From: Nitrospinota bacterium
GTDB lineage: Bacteria; Nitrospinota; Nitrospinia; Nitrospinales; VA-1
Direction of reading: 5' to 3'
DNA length: 15,576 nucleotides
NCBI GenBank assembly: GCA_038108555.1
Contig: JAYNIA010000030.1
Coordinates: 15,391 to 30,966 of the forward strand
In this document: piece by piece, positions 8,734-15,576 of the stretch
Position numbering within the stretch: the first letter of the stretch is position 1
Layout: each line of letters starts with the position of its first letter
Translations under genes and position numbers: made by a program
Notes under the pieces: model-generated
The model's input: the letters and a program-made list of their open reading frames with translations, nothing else
Databases searched by the model: none
What the model was told of the DNA's origin: nothing

Positions 8734-9441
8734 ATGAACACCTCCTCCGCAGACCGCAAAAACAAACTTCATTTCCTCCTGGAAAAATCAAAAGCAGCCA
8801 TTCTCGATTTCGATGGTTTGCTGGCTGATTCTGAACCCTACCATTACAAAGCATACAATGAGGTATTCGAGAGGTACGGACATACCCTGGACAAAGATGA
8901 ATATTGGGTGGAATGGACGTCCAAAGGAAAAGGAATAGCCGGAGAGATTGAACGTCACAACCTGAAGTTGGATGTCGACCCACTGGATATGCGCAAACAG
9001 AAATTCGAGGTCTACACCCGGTTTTGTGAAAGTGGGGAGATTAAATTATTTCCAGATGCCATTCGTTTGGTCGAACAATTATCTGTGAATCACAAACTGG
9101 CGATTGCTTCGGGCTCCTGGGCCACAGATATCCGGCATATTCTAAGAAATGCCGATGCGCTGGACCTCATCCCTGTCATCCTCGGCAAAGAATCTGCTAA
9201 AAGGGAAAAACCTTTCCCCGATATTTTCCTGAATGCTGCAGAGAAATTAGGTCATGAACCCTCAGAGTGTTTCGTCCTGGAAGATGCTTTGAAAGGTCTA
9301 AATGCTGCCAGGGAAGCTGGCATCCCGTGCATAATTTTACAAAATGATTTGAACCGGCATATTGAATTTGAAGGGGCGGAAATTATATTTCCCAGCCTCA
9401 AAGATTTTGTTTCAGCACTGGTGGCGAAAGATCAATCCTGA
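8734..9441 (+). CDS. HAD-superfamily hydrolase (subfamily IA, beta-phosphoglucomutase/CbbY-like phosphatase)
   Basis: Motif I DFDGLLADSE, motif II IASGS, motif III KPFPDIF, motif IV LEDALKG. ATG 8734 preferred over the TTG at 8692, which overlaps lepB. Confidence 0.88.
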   Translation: MNTSSADRKNKLHFLLEKSKAAILDFDGLLADSEPYHYKAYNEVFERYGHTLDKDEYWVEWTSKGKGIAGEIERHNLKLDVDPLDMRKQKFEVYTRFCESGEIKLFPDAIRLVEQLSVNHKLAIASGSWATDIRHILRNADALDLIPVILGKESAKREKPFPDIFLNAAEKLGHEPSECFVLEDALKGLNAAREAGIPCIILQNDLNRHIEFEGAEIIFPSLKDFVSALVAKDQS

Positions 9442-10373
9442 ATATCTCCCGCTGCCACAAGTTCTTTTCTGAATCCCTCAAAAATATTTTGAATGGGAGG
9501 AATGAGTTTCTCTTTCAACTCATCGGGCAACCAGTTTATTTTTTCAACCGGCCAGGTTTCCAGGGAACTAATATCCAATCCATGTTTCTTAAAAGGCTCT
9601 CCGAGACTTTCTTCAAAACCGTAAATCAAAGCATTATTAAATACCAATTGATATAACTCGTTTATTTTATCAGGATCGTGGAGTCCTTCCATAAACGCCT
9701 GCATCATGGTTTCTATTATAGGATCGGCGTGTTCACGAAAATCATCACCACATGCATTTTCAAGAGTCCGGTAAATGATAATAATATCTTGAAGAAGATA
9801 CTTAATATCCTTGGGGTCTTTTTTAACCTGGCCCTTATTAATGTCAAAGTACTGTTTGTATTCCTTGATAATTCTAACAGTGTCGCTGATGATTGATTCT
9901 TCCCAGGGAACTTTGTTCCAGACGAAAAAGGTTCTCAGCCAACGAACTTTGTCGGTTGCATCTTCCATATGCATGGTGATGCTGGGTTTGGCCCTGTTGC
10001 TATTTGGCAGCTTGCCACCCCACATTTTTAAAGACAGTTGAAGCTGGTAGGGTGCAAAAGCCTCTTTATAAACATCGGCATAAATCGCCACCAGTTTTTC
10101 CAAATTTTCATGCTTTTCCAGTGGACCGTTCAGGGGCAGATTGACAATGGAGTAGAGCCTCCAAATTCGACGACGTGCTAAACCATTGGGCTTCGCAATT
10201 AAATAAGTACCTCCCCAGACCCCTGCGGTAACAGAAATATCCAGACCATAGGTTTCTTTCAATCGACTGGAAACCTCTAAGGCAATATTCCGGTACAACT
10301 CATTTATGAAATAGAGATTGATAAGGTGATCGTCGGAAAAAACCGGACCGGAGGCTTTTGGCAGGTTGGTCAT
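9432..10373 (-). CDS. Hypothetical protein (313 aa, soluble; alpha/beta N-half, helical C-half)
   Basis: Long ORF with protein-like composition that fills the gap between genes, with a GAGAG SD-like element upstream. No family recognised. Its 3' end overlaps the HAD gene by 10 nt. Confidence 0.8.
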   Translation of the reverse strand: MTNLPKASGPVFSDDHLINLYFINELYRNIALEVSSRLKETYGLDISVTAGVWGGTYLIAKPNGLARRRIWRLYSIVNLPLNGPLEKHENLEKLVAIYADVYKEAFAPYQLQLSLKMWGGKLPNSNRAKPSITMHMEDATDKVRWLRTFFVWNKVPWEESIISDTVRIIKEYKQYFDINKGQVKKDPKDIKYLLQDIIIIYRTLENACGDDFREHADPIIETMMQAFMEGLHDPDKINELYQLVFNNALIYGFEESLGEPFKKHGLDISSLETWPVEKINWLPDELKEKLIPPIQNIFEGFRKELVAAGDIQD

Positions 10374-10393
10374 AAAACTCTCTGAAATGGATC

Positions 10394-10430
10394 AAAAAAA
10401 AATCCCATCCCCAATTTTAGGGATGGGATT
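10394..10430 (-). terminator. Rho-independent terminator downstream of the DUF4399-like gene
   Basis: Perfect 11-bp stem AATCCCATCCC (10401-10411) / GGGATGGGATT (10420-10430) with an 8-nt loop. The A9 run at 10394-10402 gives a U-tract on the minus strand. Confidence 0.85.
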
Positions 10431-10485
10431 AAATTTTTCCAGTAAAACTTTTCCTGGTTGAACTAACTATTTCAAATGCTAATAG

Positions 10486-10938
10486 TTACGGTTTTACATG
10501 GGTAACACGAATCGTTACAGAATCTGAAACTGGGGGATTGTAAGGAACATGATTCCCCTGAGCAAATAGAGCAGTGATTGTGTGTTGTCCTTTTTCCAGG
10601 TTCAATGTTTTACATTTAGAACCATCACCCATGTGAACATGGTTAGCATCTTTAGCAATAGGCTTGCTCAAATCAGATGGAATTGGAACATCAATCAGTA
10701 AGTGATGATGACCTTTACCAGGGTTGACCCCATTTTTTGCAGGCTCAACGGTATAGCCATTGGTAGCCATACAAACTGTCAATGGACTGTCAACATTGCT
10801 CAAAGTTGCGGGAGTGGTAATGGTAATGGGTTTGCTGGAAGATGCAACAGTCGCTCCACCGCCGCCTCCTTGTTGACCCGCACATCCTACAAATGCAACT
10901 ACTGCTAATAGGGCTAATACTTTAGAAATGTTTTTCAT
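10486..10938 (-). CDS. DUF4399-like His-rich lipoprotein
   Basis: Start MKNISK at 10938 with a strong GAGGAG SD. Signal peptide with lipobox FVG-C, Gly linker, then GHHHLLID, HVHMGDG and GQHTITAL...GNHVPY motifs as I recall them for DUF4399. Confidence 0.8.
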   Translation of the reverse strand: MKNISKVLALLAVVAFVGCAGQQGGGGGATVASSSKPITITTPATLSNVDSPLTVCMATNGYTVEPAKNGVNPGKGHHHLLIDVPIPSDLSKPIAKDANHVHMGDGSKCKTLNLEKGQHTITALFAQGNHVPYNPPVSDSVTIRVTHVKP

Positions 10939-11129
10939 AAACTCCTCTTTTAGAAAAAAATGGAACAAAAATTAAACACCACAAATAAACTTAGAAAACC
11001 TAAAAAAACTTTTGGGAAATTAAACCCAAAAAATCAAAGTAAAATATGTAGTATCAAAAAATTCAACCCTCGCAAATTCCTCACCTTTACAGGCAGCAGG
11101 CGGTAATGGGGTCTATGGTTTTTTTTTAT

Positions 11130-11158
11130 ATTATGGACCAAAACTGGCATAAAATCAA
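11130..11158 (-). promoter_or_regulatory. Putative sigma70 promoter for the DUF4399-like gene
   Basis: Minus strand TTGATT (11158-11153), 17-nt spacer, CATAAT (11135-11130). Confidence 0.45.
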
Positions 11159-11167
11159 TGCTATGAT
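11159..11167 (+). promoter_or_regulatory. Putative extended -10 promoter (TG-C-TATGAT) for the glycosidase-like/ModE-like pair
   Basis: TGCTATGAT directly abuts the -35 element of the divergent minus-strand promoter candidate. Confidence 0.35.
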
Positions 11168-11266
11168 AGAAGAAACCCCCTGATTTGACCGCAAATGCCA
11201 AGAAATTTGCTGCTTGATCAGGTTATAATCCCAAATTCTTCTGACTTGGAAAAACGATTAATCTTT

Positions 11267-12163
11267 ATGCAAAAAGAGAAGAATATCCCTAGATCTACAA
11301 TCGGGTCACCCCTGCTCGCGCGACCCGAGTTTCTAATATGCATTCTACTGGCCTTTATGATTTGGGGGACCGGGATTTGCCTTGCAAACCCATCCATCCA
11401 AAAATCCGATTCCTGGAAAAATCTGGAACCCGGGTTGGATATTGGAATTTTTGCCGCTCCGAAAAAATCCATTGTAGGAGACTCGTTGATAAGGGTATTG
11501 AGGGCTGACACTGATTTTTTTGCCTTAAAACTGCTAAATTCCTCGTCCTCAAAAAACAAAAAACGGTATTCCGTAAAAAAATGGGTCAACCAAAATTCCC
11601 TGATTGCCGGAATTAATGCCAGTATGTTTCAAAAAAACCGGGTTTCCAGTGTTTCATATATGAAAACAGGAAAACATATCAACAGCACCTGGTTGTCTAA
11701 GGACAAAACGATTCTCGCATTTGATCCGATTGATCCCAAAAGCCCGGCAGTAAGAATAATTGATCGGGAGTGTGAAGATTTCAAGACACTTCGAAAGCAA
11801 TACGAATCCCTGATCCAAAGTATTCGTATGGTTTCGTGCAAAGGGAAGAATGTATGGAGCCCGCAAAAAAGGATGTGGAGTACGGCTGCGGTCGGGGTCG
11901 ATAATAAAGGCAGGGTCCTGTTTATTCATGTCCGTTCCCCCTATTCCACTCACGAACTCATCAATATGCTTCTGCAACTTCCTATAAATTTAAAACGTGC
12001 CATGTATGTTGAAGGAGGGGCAGATGCGCAGTTATATATCAATACCGGAAAGAAGGAATATGATTTCATCGGAAGTTATTCCTCCGGTTCGCGGGAACAC
12101 GACGAAAATACATTTTCCAAACCCATACCCAATGTTTTGGGACTTGTTAGAATCAAGAAGTAA
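11267..12163 (+). CDS. Phosphodiester glycosidase (NAGPA-like) family exported protein
   Basis: Hydrophobic signal segment FLICILLAFMIWGTGICLA, WKNLEPGL, GINASMF, AAVGVDNKGRVLFI, AMYVEGG and terminal PIPNVLGL. Start uncertain (ATG 11195 or 11267). Confidence 0.75.
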   Translation: MQKEKNIPRSTIGSPLLARPEFLICILLAFMIWGTGICLANPSIQKSDSWKNLEPGLDIGIFAAPKKSIVGDSLIRVLRADTDFFALKLLNSSSSKNKKRYSVKKWVNQNSLIAGINASMFQKNRVSSVSYMKTGKHINSTWLSKDKTILAFDPIDPKSPAVRIIDRECEDFKTLRKQYESLIQSIRMVSCKGKNVWSPQKRMWSTAAVGVDNKGRVLFIHVRSPYSTHELINMLLQLPINLKRAMYVEGGADAQLYINTGKKEYDFIGSYSSGSREHDENTFSKPIPNVLGLVRIKK

Positions 12164-12175
12164 CAGGAACAGATA

Positions 12176-12538
12176 TTGCCAAAAGCCAAAACAAATAATA
12201 TTCGTTGCCGCCCGCGTTTTAGGATCATGTCCGGGGATTTAATTGCCCTGGGCCCGGGAAAGGTCGACTTGCTGGAATCCATTGAAGAGGTCGGTTCCAT
12301 TTCAGAGGCAGCAAGACGAAGTAAAATCAGCTACCGGCGTGCGTGGGATATGGTCAACGTCATGAACCAATGTTTTAATAAACCTCTTGTGGAAAGTACA
12401 AAAGGAGGCAAGGGAGGCGGCGGAGCCACTTTGAGTCAATTAGGGAAAAAGGTGATAAAAATCTACCGGGATATGGAAAAAAAAGCCAGCCAGGCCACAC
12501 AGGAAGATTGGAAATCCCTACAAAAACATCTGAAGTAA
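12176..12538 (+). CDS. ModE-family winged helix-turn-helix regulator (N-terminal domain only)
   Basis: LGPGKVDLLESIEEVGSISEAAR..ISYRRAWDMV..MN...PLV...GGKGGGGATLS is the ModE N-terminal signature. 120 aa with no TOBE domains. TTG start with AGGA upstream. Confidence 0.9.
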   Translation: MPKAKTNNIRCRPRFRIMSGDLIALGPGKVDLLESIEEVGSISEAARRSKISYRRAWDMVNVMNQCFNKPLVESTKGGKGGGGATLSQLGKKVIKIYRDMEKKASQATQEDWKSLQKHLK

Positions 12539-12622
12539 TCCTCTAGCGAGGAGGGCAATAGGTCAGAATATTAGGGTCTATCTAACCTGATTGAATCCGT
12601 CTGCAATCGGCCATAAGCGGAC
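12539..12622. repeat. Three tandem inverted repeats in the convergent ModE-like/kinase intergenic region
   Basis: TCCTC/GAGGA (12539-12552). CAATAGGTCAGA/TCTAACCT-G-ATTG (12556-12593, one mismatch and one bulged G). GTCTGC/GCGGAC (12599-12622). Confidence 0.6.
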
Positions 12623-12649
12623 ACTGTAAATTAAAATCTTTTTCAAAGC

Positions 12650-15565
12650 TTATCTAATTTCAAGTTGCTCTAATATCTTTAATATTCCTTCATCATCGAA
12701 CTCATCTGCCAGCCTCTTTAAATGGTCTGACAACTTTTTACCATCAGGTTCGATTGCCTCAATCTGTGAGAGGTACTGTTCTAGCTCCATTAACATTCCA
12801 CTATTTACGTCCTCTCTCATGGAATCTACAAGCGATTTTGGAAGTTTTATCTTTGTCAAATCCAGTTCACTTTGCCCCTCGATTTCTTCAGGTTCCAGTT
12901 GTTTCACAACACTGAGAATAGCATCCAGATGATTCCAGAAATCTTCCCATAATTTTTTATCTATATTCTCGTTGCCATTACGAAGTTCCTCTTCTAAAGG
13001 CTGTGAAACTTCAGCCAATCCATTTGCCCCTATTGTTGATGAAACCCCTTTTACAGTATGTACTAATCTCTCTGCTAACTTTAAATCTCCATCCTCAAGG
13101 GTCTTTTCAATTTCTTGCTTTTTATTTTTATTGTTTTTATAGAAATCACCGAGCAATTTTTGATATAGCTTTTTATTTCCGTTTACCCGCATCAATCCGG
13201 CATCAGCATCTATGCCGGGAAGCTCAGGCAAGGTATTAGCTTCTGAGTCAGGCTGAGACTTATCTTTGTCTGGAATAGCAGATTCTCCACCAAGCCCTTC
13301 TCTTACAGTTATCCATTTAATGAGAGCTTTAAATAACTCATTGGGATCAATAGGTTTAGCAACATGGTCGTTCATTCCCGCATCGATACATTTCTCTCGG
13401 TCACCCTGCATTGCATTGGCAGTCATGGCAATAATTGGAAGGGTGGCATAGCGGCTATCTTCCCTTATGGCCCGAGATGCCTCATACCCATCCATTACTG
13501 GCATTTGAATATCCATTAACACGCAATCGAACTCTGATTGAACAACTTTTTCAACAGCTTCTTTGCCATTATTGGCAATCGTTACATAAAACCCCGCTTG
13601 CTCCAGAATTTCATTACCAACCTCCTGATTAATTTCATTGTCATCAACCAGTAAAACTTTTGCGTTTTTAATTTTCTCTAAGCCTTCAACGCCCTGATCA
13701 GCCTTTACTGTCTGCCCAAACAATTCTTTTTCGACTTTTTCTCCAAACGTTTCTGCAAGGGTTTCAAACAATAGGGATGGGTTCATAGGTTTAACCATAA
13801 ACCCATCAAGATTTGCCTCTTCGGCTTCACGAGCAACCTCCTCTCTGCCATATGCCGTTAACATGATTATTTTGGGTTTATGTTTAATTTTTGGATGCTT
13901 TTTGATGATCTCAGCCGTTCTGATTCCATTCATCTCAGGCATTTGCCAGTCCATAATTATGAGATCGAATGGCTTTTTGGCATCAGCCTCCTCCACCTTT
14001 GAAATCCCGTCTGCCCCGGATGAAGCCTGTTCAACTTCAATGGAAAAGGATTGCAGAGCATCTTCTAATATTTCTCGGGCCGACTCGTTGTCATCAACAA
14101 TCAAAGCTTTCTTTCCTTTTAAATCGTCGGAGGTTACCAGCCGTTTTTTCTTGGGGTCAGCACTTACTCCAAATTTTGCTGTAAAAATAAAACTACTTCC
14201 TTTACCCGGTTCACTTTCAACCCAGATTTTCCCATCCATCATTTCAACAAGCTTTTTGCTTATAGTTAATCCCAGTCCTGTTCCACCAAATTGCCTTGTA
14301 GTTGAAGAGTCTGCCTGGCTGAAAGATTGAAATAACTTTCCAATTTGTTTTTCAGTCAGTCCAATTCCTGTATCCTTAACCGAAAATTCTAGTTCTATTT
14401 TTTCATTTTCCTCTTTGAGACACCTGATTTTTACGATGATCTCTCCATGTTCCGTAAATTTAACCGCATTATTCGTTAAGTTTGTTAGAACTTGCCCTAA
14501 ACGAAGTGGGTCGCCTATAAGAGAATAAGGCACGTCTTTACCAACCGAAAATAAGACTTCCAGCCCTTTATCCTGTGCTTTCAAAGTGACGAGAGTTGAA
14601 AGGCTGTCCAATACTTCGTCCAACTGAAAGTCGATAGCCTCCATATCCAGCTTGCCTGCTTCAATCTTTGAAAAATCAAGTATGTCATTGATTAAACCTA
14701 ACAATGCATTCGCTGAAATTTGAATTTTATTGATATAGTTTTGTTGCTTCGAGTCCAATACAGTTTTCGTAGCCAGATGACTCATGCCTATGATTGCATT
14801 CATAGGTGTTCTTATTTCATGACTCATGTTTGCAAGGAAATCACTTTTTGCCTTTGTTGCATTTTCAGCTTTTTGCTGTGCCAACATTAACTCTCTTTGA
14901 TCTTTTTTTCTCTGAGTAACATCATGAATCATGCCAACAAAAAATTGAGCGTCTTTGCGTTTAATAACACTTAACCCCAACTCAATATCTAAGACAGAAC
15001 CATCCTTTTTTAGGCAAGGCACTTCAACTATCGTCCCAATTAATCTTGCCTCACCAGTCTTCAAATATCTTTCAAAACCCTGATTATGTTTTTCAATATG
15101 GGATTCTGGTATCAGAAGGGTTATGTTTTTGCCAACTACTTCCTGGGCTCTATAACCAAGTAGTTTCTCGCAAGCGGAATTGAATGATTGGATTGTCCCT
15201 GATTCGTCAATTAAAATAATTCCATCCATTGAATTTTCTGTGACTGAACGAATCATTTCTTCACTAGCCCGCAACTGTTCTTCTGCAAGGGCACGACTTT
15301 TGATTACAAGAGTAATGGTGAATGCAGCCGGAAATAGAAATGCAAGGATGACAAAATATATTTCGTTAGAAAGGTGAGACATGATCTGTACTGCATCAGG
15401 CGACATGCCGGCTTTCTTGACAAAATAGATAGCCCACAACAGAAATCCAGTAAGGGAGGAAAGCGTAAAAAATACCATGGTGAAACTTATTATTTGTTCC
15501 ACAAGGTTTTTGGGCAATCCTACTGATCTTTCACAGTAAAAGTGGACACAAAGAAAGTGATACAT
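12650..15565 (-). CDS. Hybrid sensor histidine kinase/response regulator (2 TM - PAS - HisKA - HATPase - REC - REC - Hpt); start uncertain, possibly truncated by the window
   Basis: H-box [18 protein letters not shown] (H249), N-box [24 protein letters not shown], two receivers (IVDDN...MDWQMP...KP and LVDDN...MDIQMP...KP) and Hpt [14 protein letters not shown]. The frame is open to the window end. Confidence 0.95.
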   Translation of the reverse strand: MYHFLCVHFYCERSVGLPKNLVEQIISFTMVFFTLSSLTGFLLWAIYFVKKAGMSPDAVQIMSHLSNEIYFVILAFLFPAAFTITLVIKSRALAEEQLRASEEMIRSVTENSMDGIILIDESGTIQSFNSACEKLLGYRAQEVVGKNITLLIPESHIEKHNQGFERYLKTGEARLIGTIVEVPCLKKDGSVLDIELGLSVIKRKDAQFFVGMIHDVTQRKKDQRELMLAQQKAENATKAKSDFLANMSHEIRTPMNAIIGMSHLATKTVLDSKQQNYINKIQISANALLGLINDILDFSKIEAGKLDMEAIDFQLDEVLDSLSTLVTLKAQDKGLEVLFSVGKDVPYSLIGDPLRLGQVLTNLTNNAVKFTEHGEIIVKIRCLKEENEKIELEFSVKDTGIGLTEKQIGKLFQSFSQADSSTTRQFGGTGLGLTISKKLVEMMDGKIWVESEPGKGSSFIFTAKFGVSADPKKKRLVTSDDLKGKKALIVDDNESAREILEDALQSFSIEVEQASSGADGISKVEEADAKKPFDLIIMDWQMPEMNGIRTAEIIKKHPKIKHKPKIIMLTAYGREEVAREAEEANLDGFMVKPMNPSLLFETLAETFGEKVEKELFGQTVKADQGVEGLEKIKNAKVLLVDDNEINQEVGNEILEQAGFYVTIANNGKEAVEKVVQSEFDCVLMDIQMPVMDGYEASRAIREDSRYATLPIIAMTANAMQGDREKCIDAGMNDHVAKPIDPNELFKALIKWITVREGLGGESAIPDKDKSQPDSEANTLPELPGIDADAGLMRVNGNKKLYQKLLGDFYKNNKNKKQEIEKTLEDGDLKLAERLVHTVKGVSSTIGANGLAEVSQPLEEELRNGNENIDKKLWEDFWNHLDAILSVVKQLEPEEIEGQSELDLTKIKLPKSLVDSMREDVNSGMLMELEQYLSQIEAIEPDGKKLSDHLKRLADEFDDEGILKILEQLEIR

Positions 15566-15576
15566 ATAATCATTTT

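Noticed and set aside
10939..10968. Longer start (MFHFF...) for the DUF4399-like gene
   Set aside because: The extension contains the GAGGAG SD of ATG 10938, which gives a proper lipoprotein signal peptide.
11071..11104. c-di-GMP-I riboswitch (CGCAAA...GGCAGC)
   Set aside because: No upstream GCAAA-stem-GAAA-GGGA hairpin. The resemblance is partial only.
11145..11162. Sigma54 promoter (TGGCA...TGC)
   Set aside because: GG and GC are 12 nt apart rather than the required 10.
11101..11180. Fluoride riboswitch (GGTAATGGGGTCTA resembles its 5' half)
   Set aside because: P1 does not close (TATG instead of TACC), the 3' GCURAUGAC pseudoknot element is missing, and there is no crcB/eriC gene.
12556..12657. 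Canonical integron attC site
   Set aside because: No RYYYAAC...GTTRRRY pair in the correct order and no intI in the window. Kept only as a non-canonical hairpin finding.
220..15377. Many 60-155 aa alternative-frame and antisense ORFs (e.g. 1347-1676, 3213-3530, 11218-11589, 13863-14330)
   Set aside because: They overlap well-supported genes and show no recognisable motifs. They are shadow ORFs.
1..15576. CRISPR array, tRNA/rRNA, transposase, prophage or recognisable defence genes
   Set aside because: No regularly spaced repeats, cloverleaf or rRNA-like segments, or matching protein motifs were seen by eye. Intergenic gaps are short.

Overview
Mostly housekeeping bacterial chromosome. Gene content and protein style suggest a Nitrospinota- or Deltaproteobacteria-like organism, which is inference and not verified. 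In order: TPR protein (+), class-I pyridine nucleotide-disulfide oxidoreductase (+), a glycine cleavage cluster gcvT-gcvH-gcvPA (-) with no gcvPB in the window, a MobA/GlmU-fold nucleotidyltransferase-family protein, lepA-lepB-HAD hydrolase (+), a 313-aa hypothetical protein and a His-rich DUF4399-like lipoprotein (-), a phosphodiester-glycosidase (NAGPA)-like exported protein with a wHTH-only ModE-like regulator (+), and an AT-richer hybrid histidine kinase (TM-PAS-HisKA-HATPase-REC-REC-Hpt, -) whose start may lie near or beyond the window edge. I saw no rRNA, tRNA, CRISPR array, transposase or integrase. The best leads are: (i) a ~185-nt leader upstream of the DUF4399 gene with a GC-rich structured island plus a terminator-like hairpin (candidate new cis-regulatory RNA); (ii) three tandem hairpins at 12539-12622 at the edge of the kinase gene (possible mobile-cassette boundary); (iii) an oxidoreductase beside gcv that carries NADPH-type rather than lipoamide-dehydrogenase signatures; (iv) a FixL-like heme PAS lacking the distal Arg; (v) the uncharacterised 313-aa protein. 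None of these is established as a new system from sequence alone.
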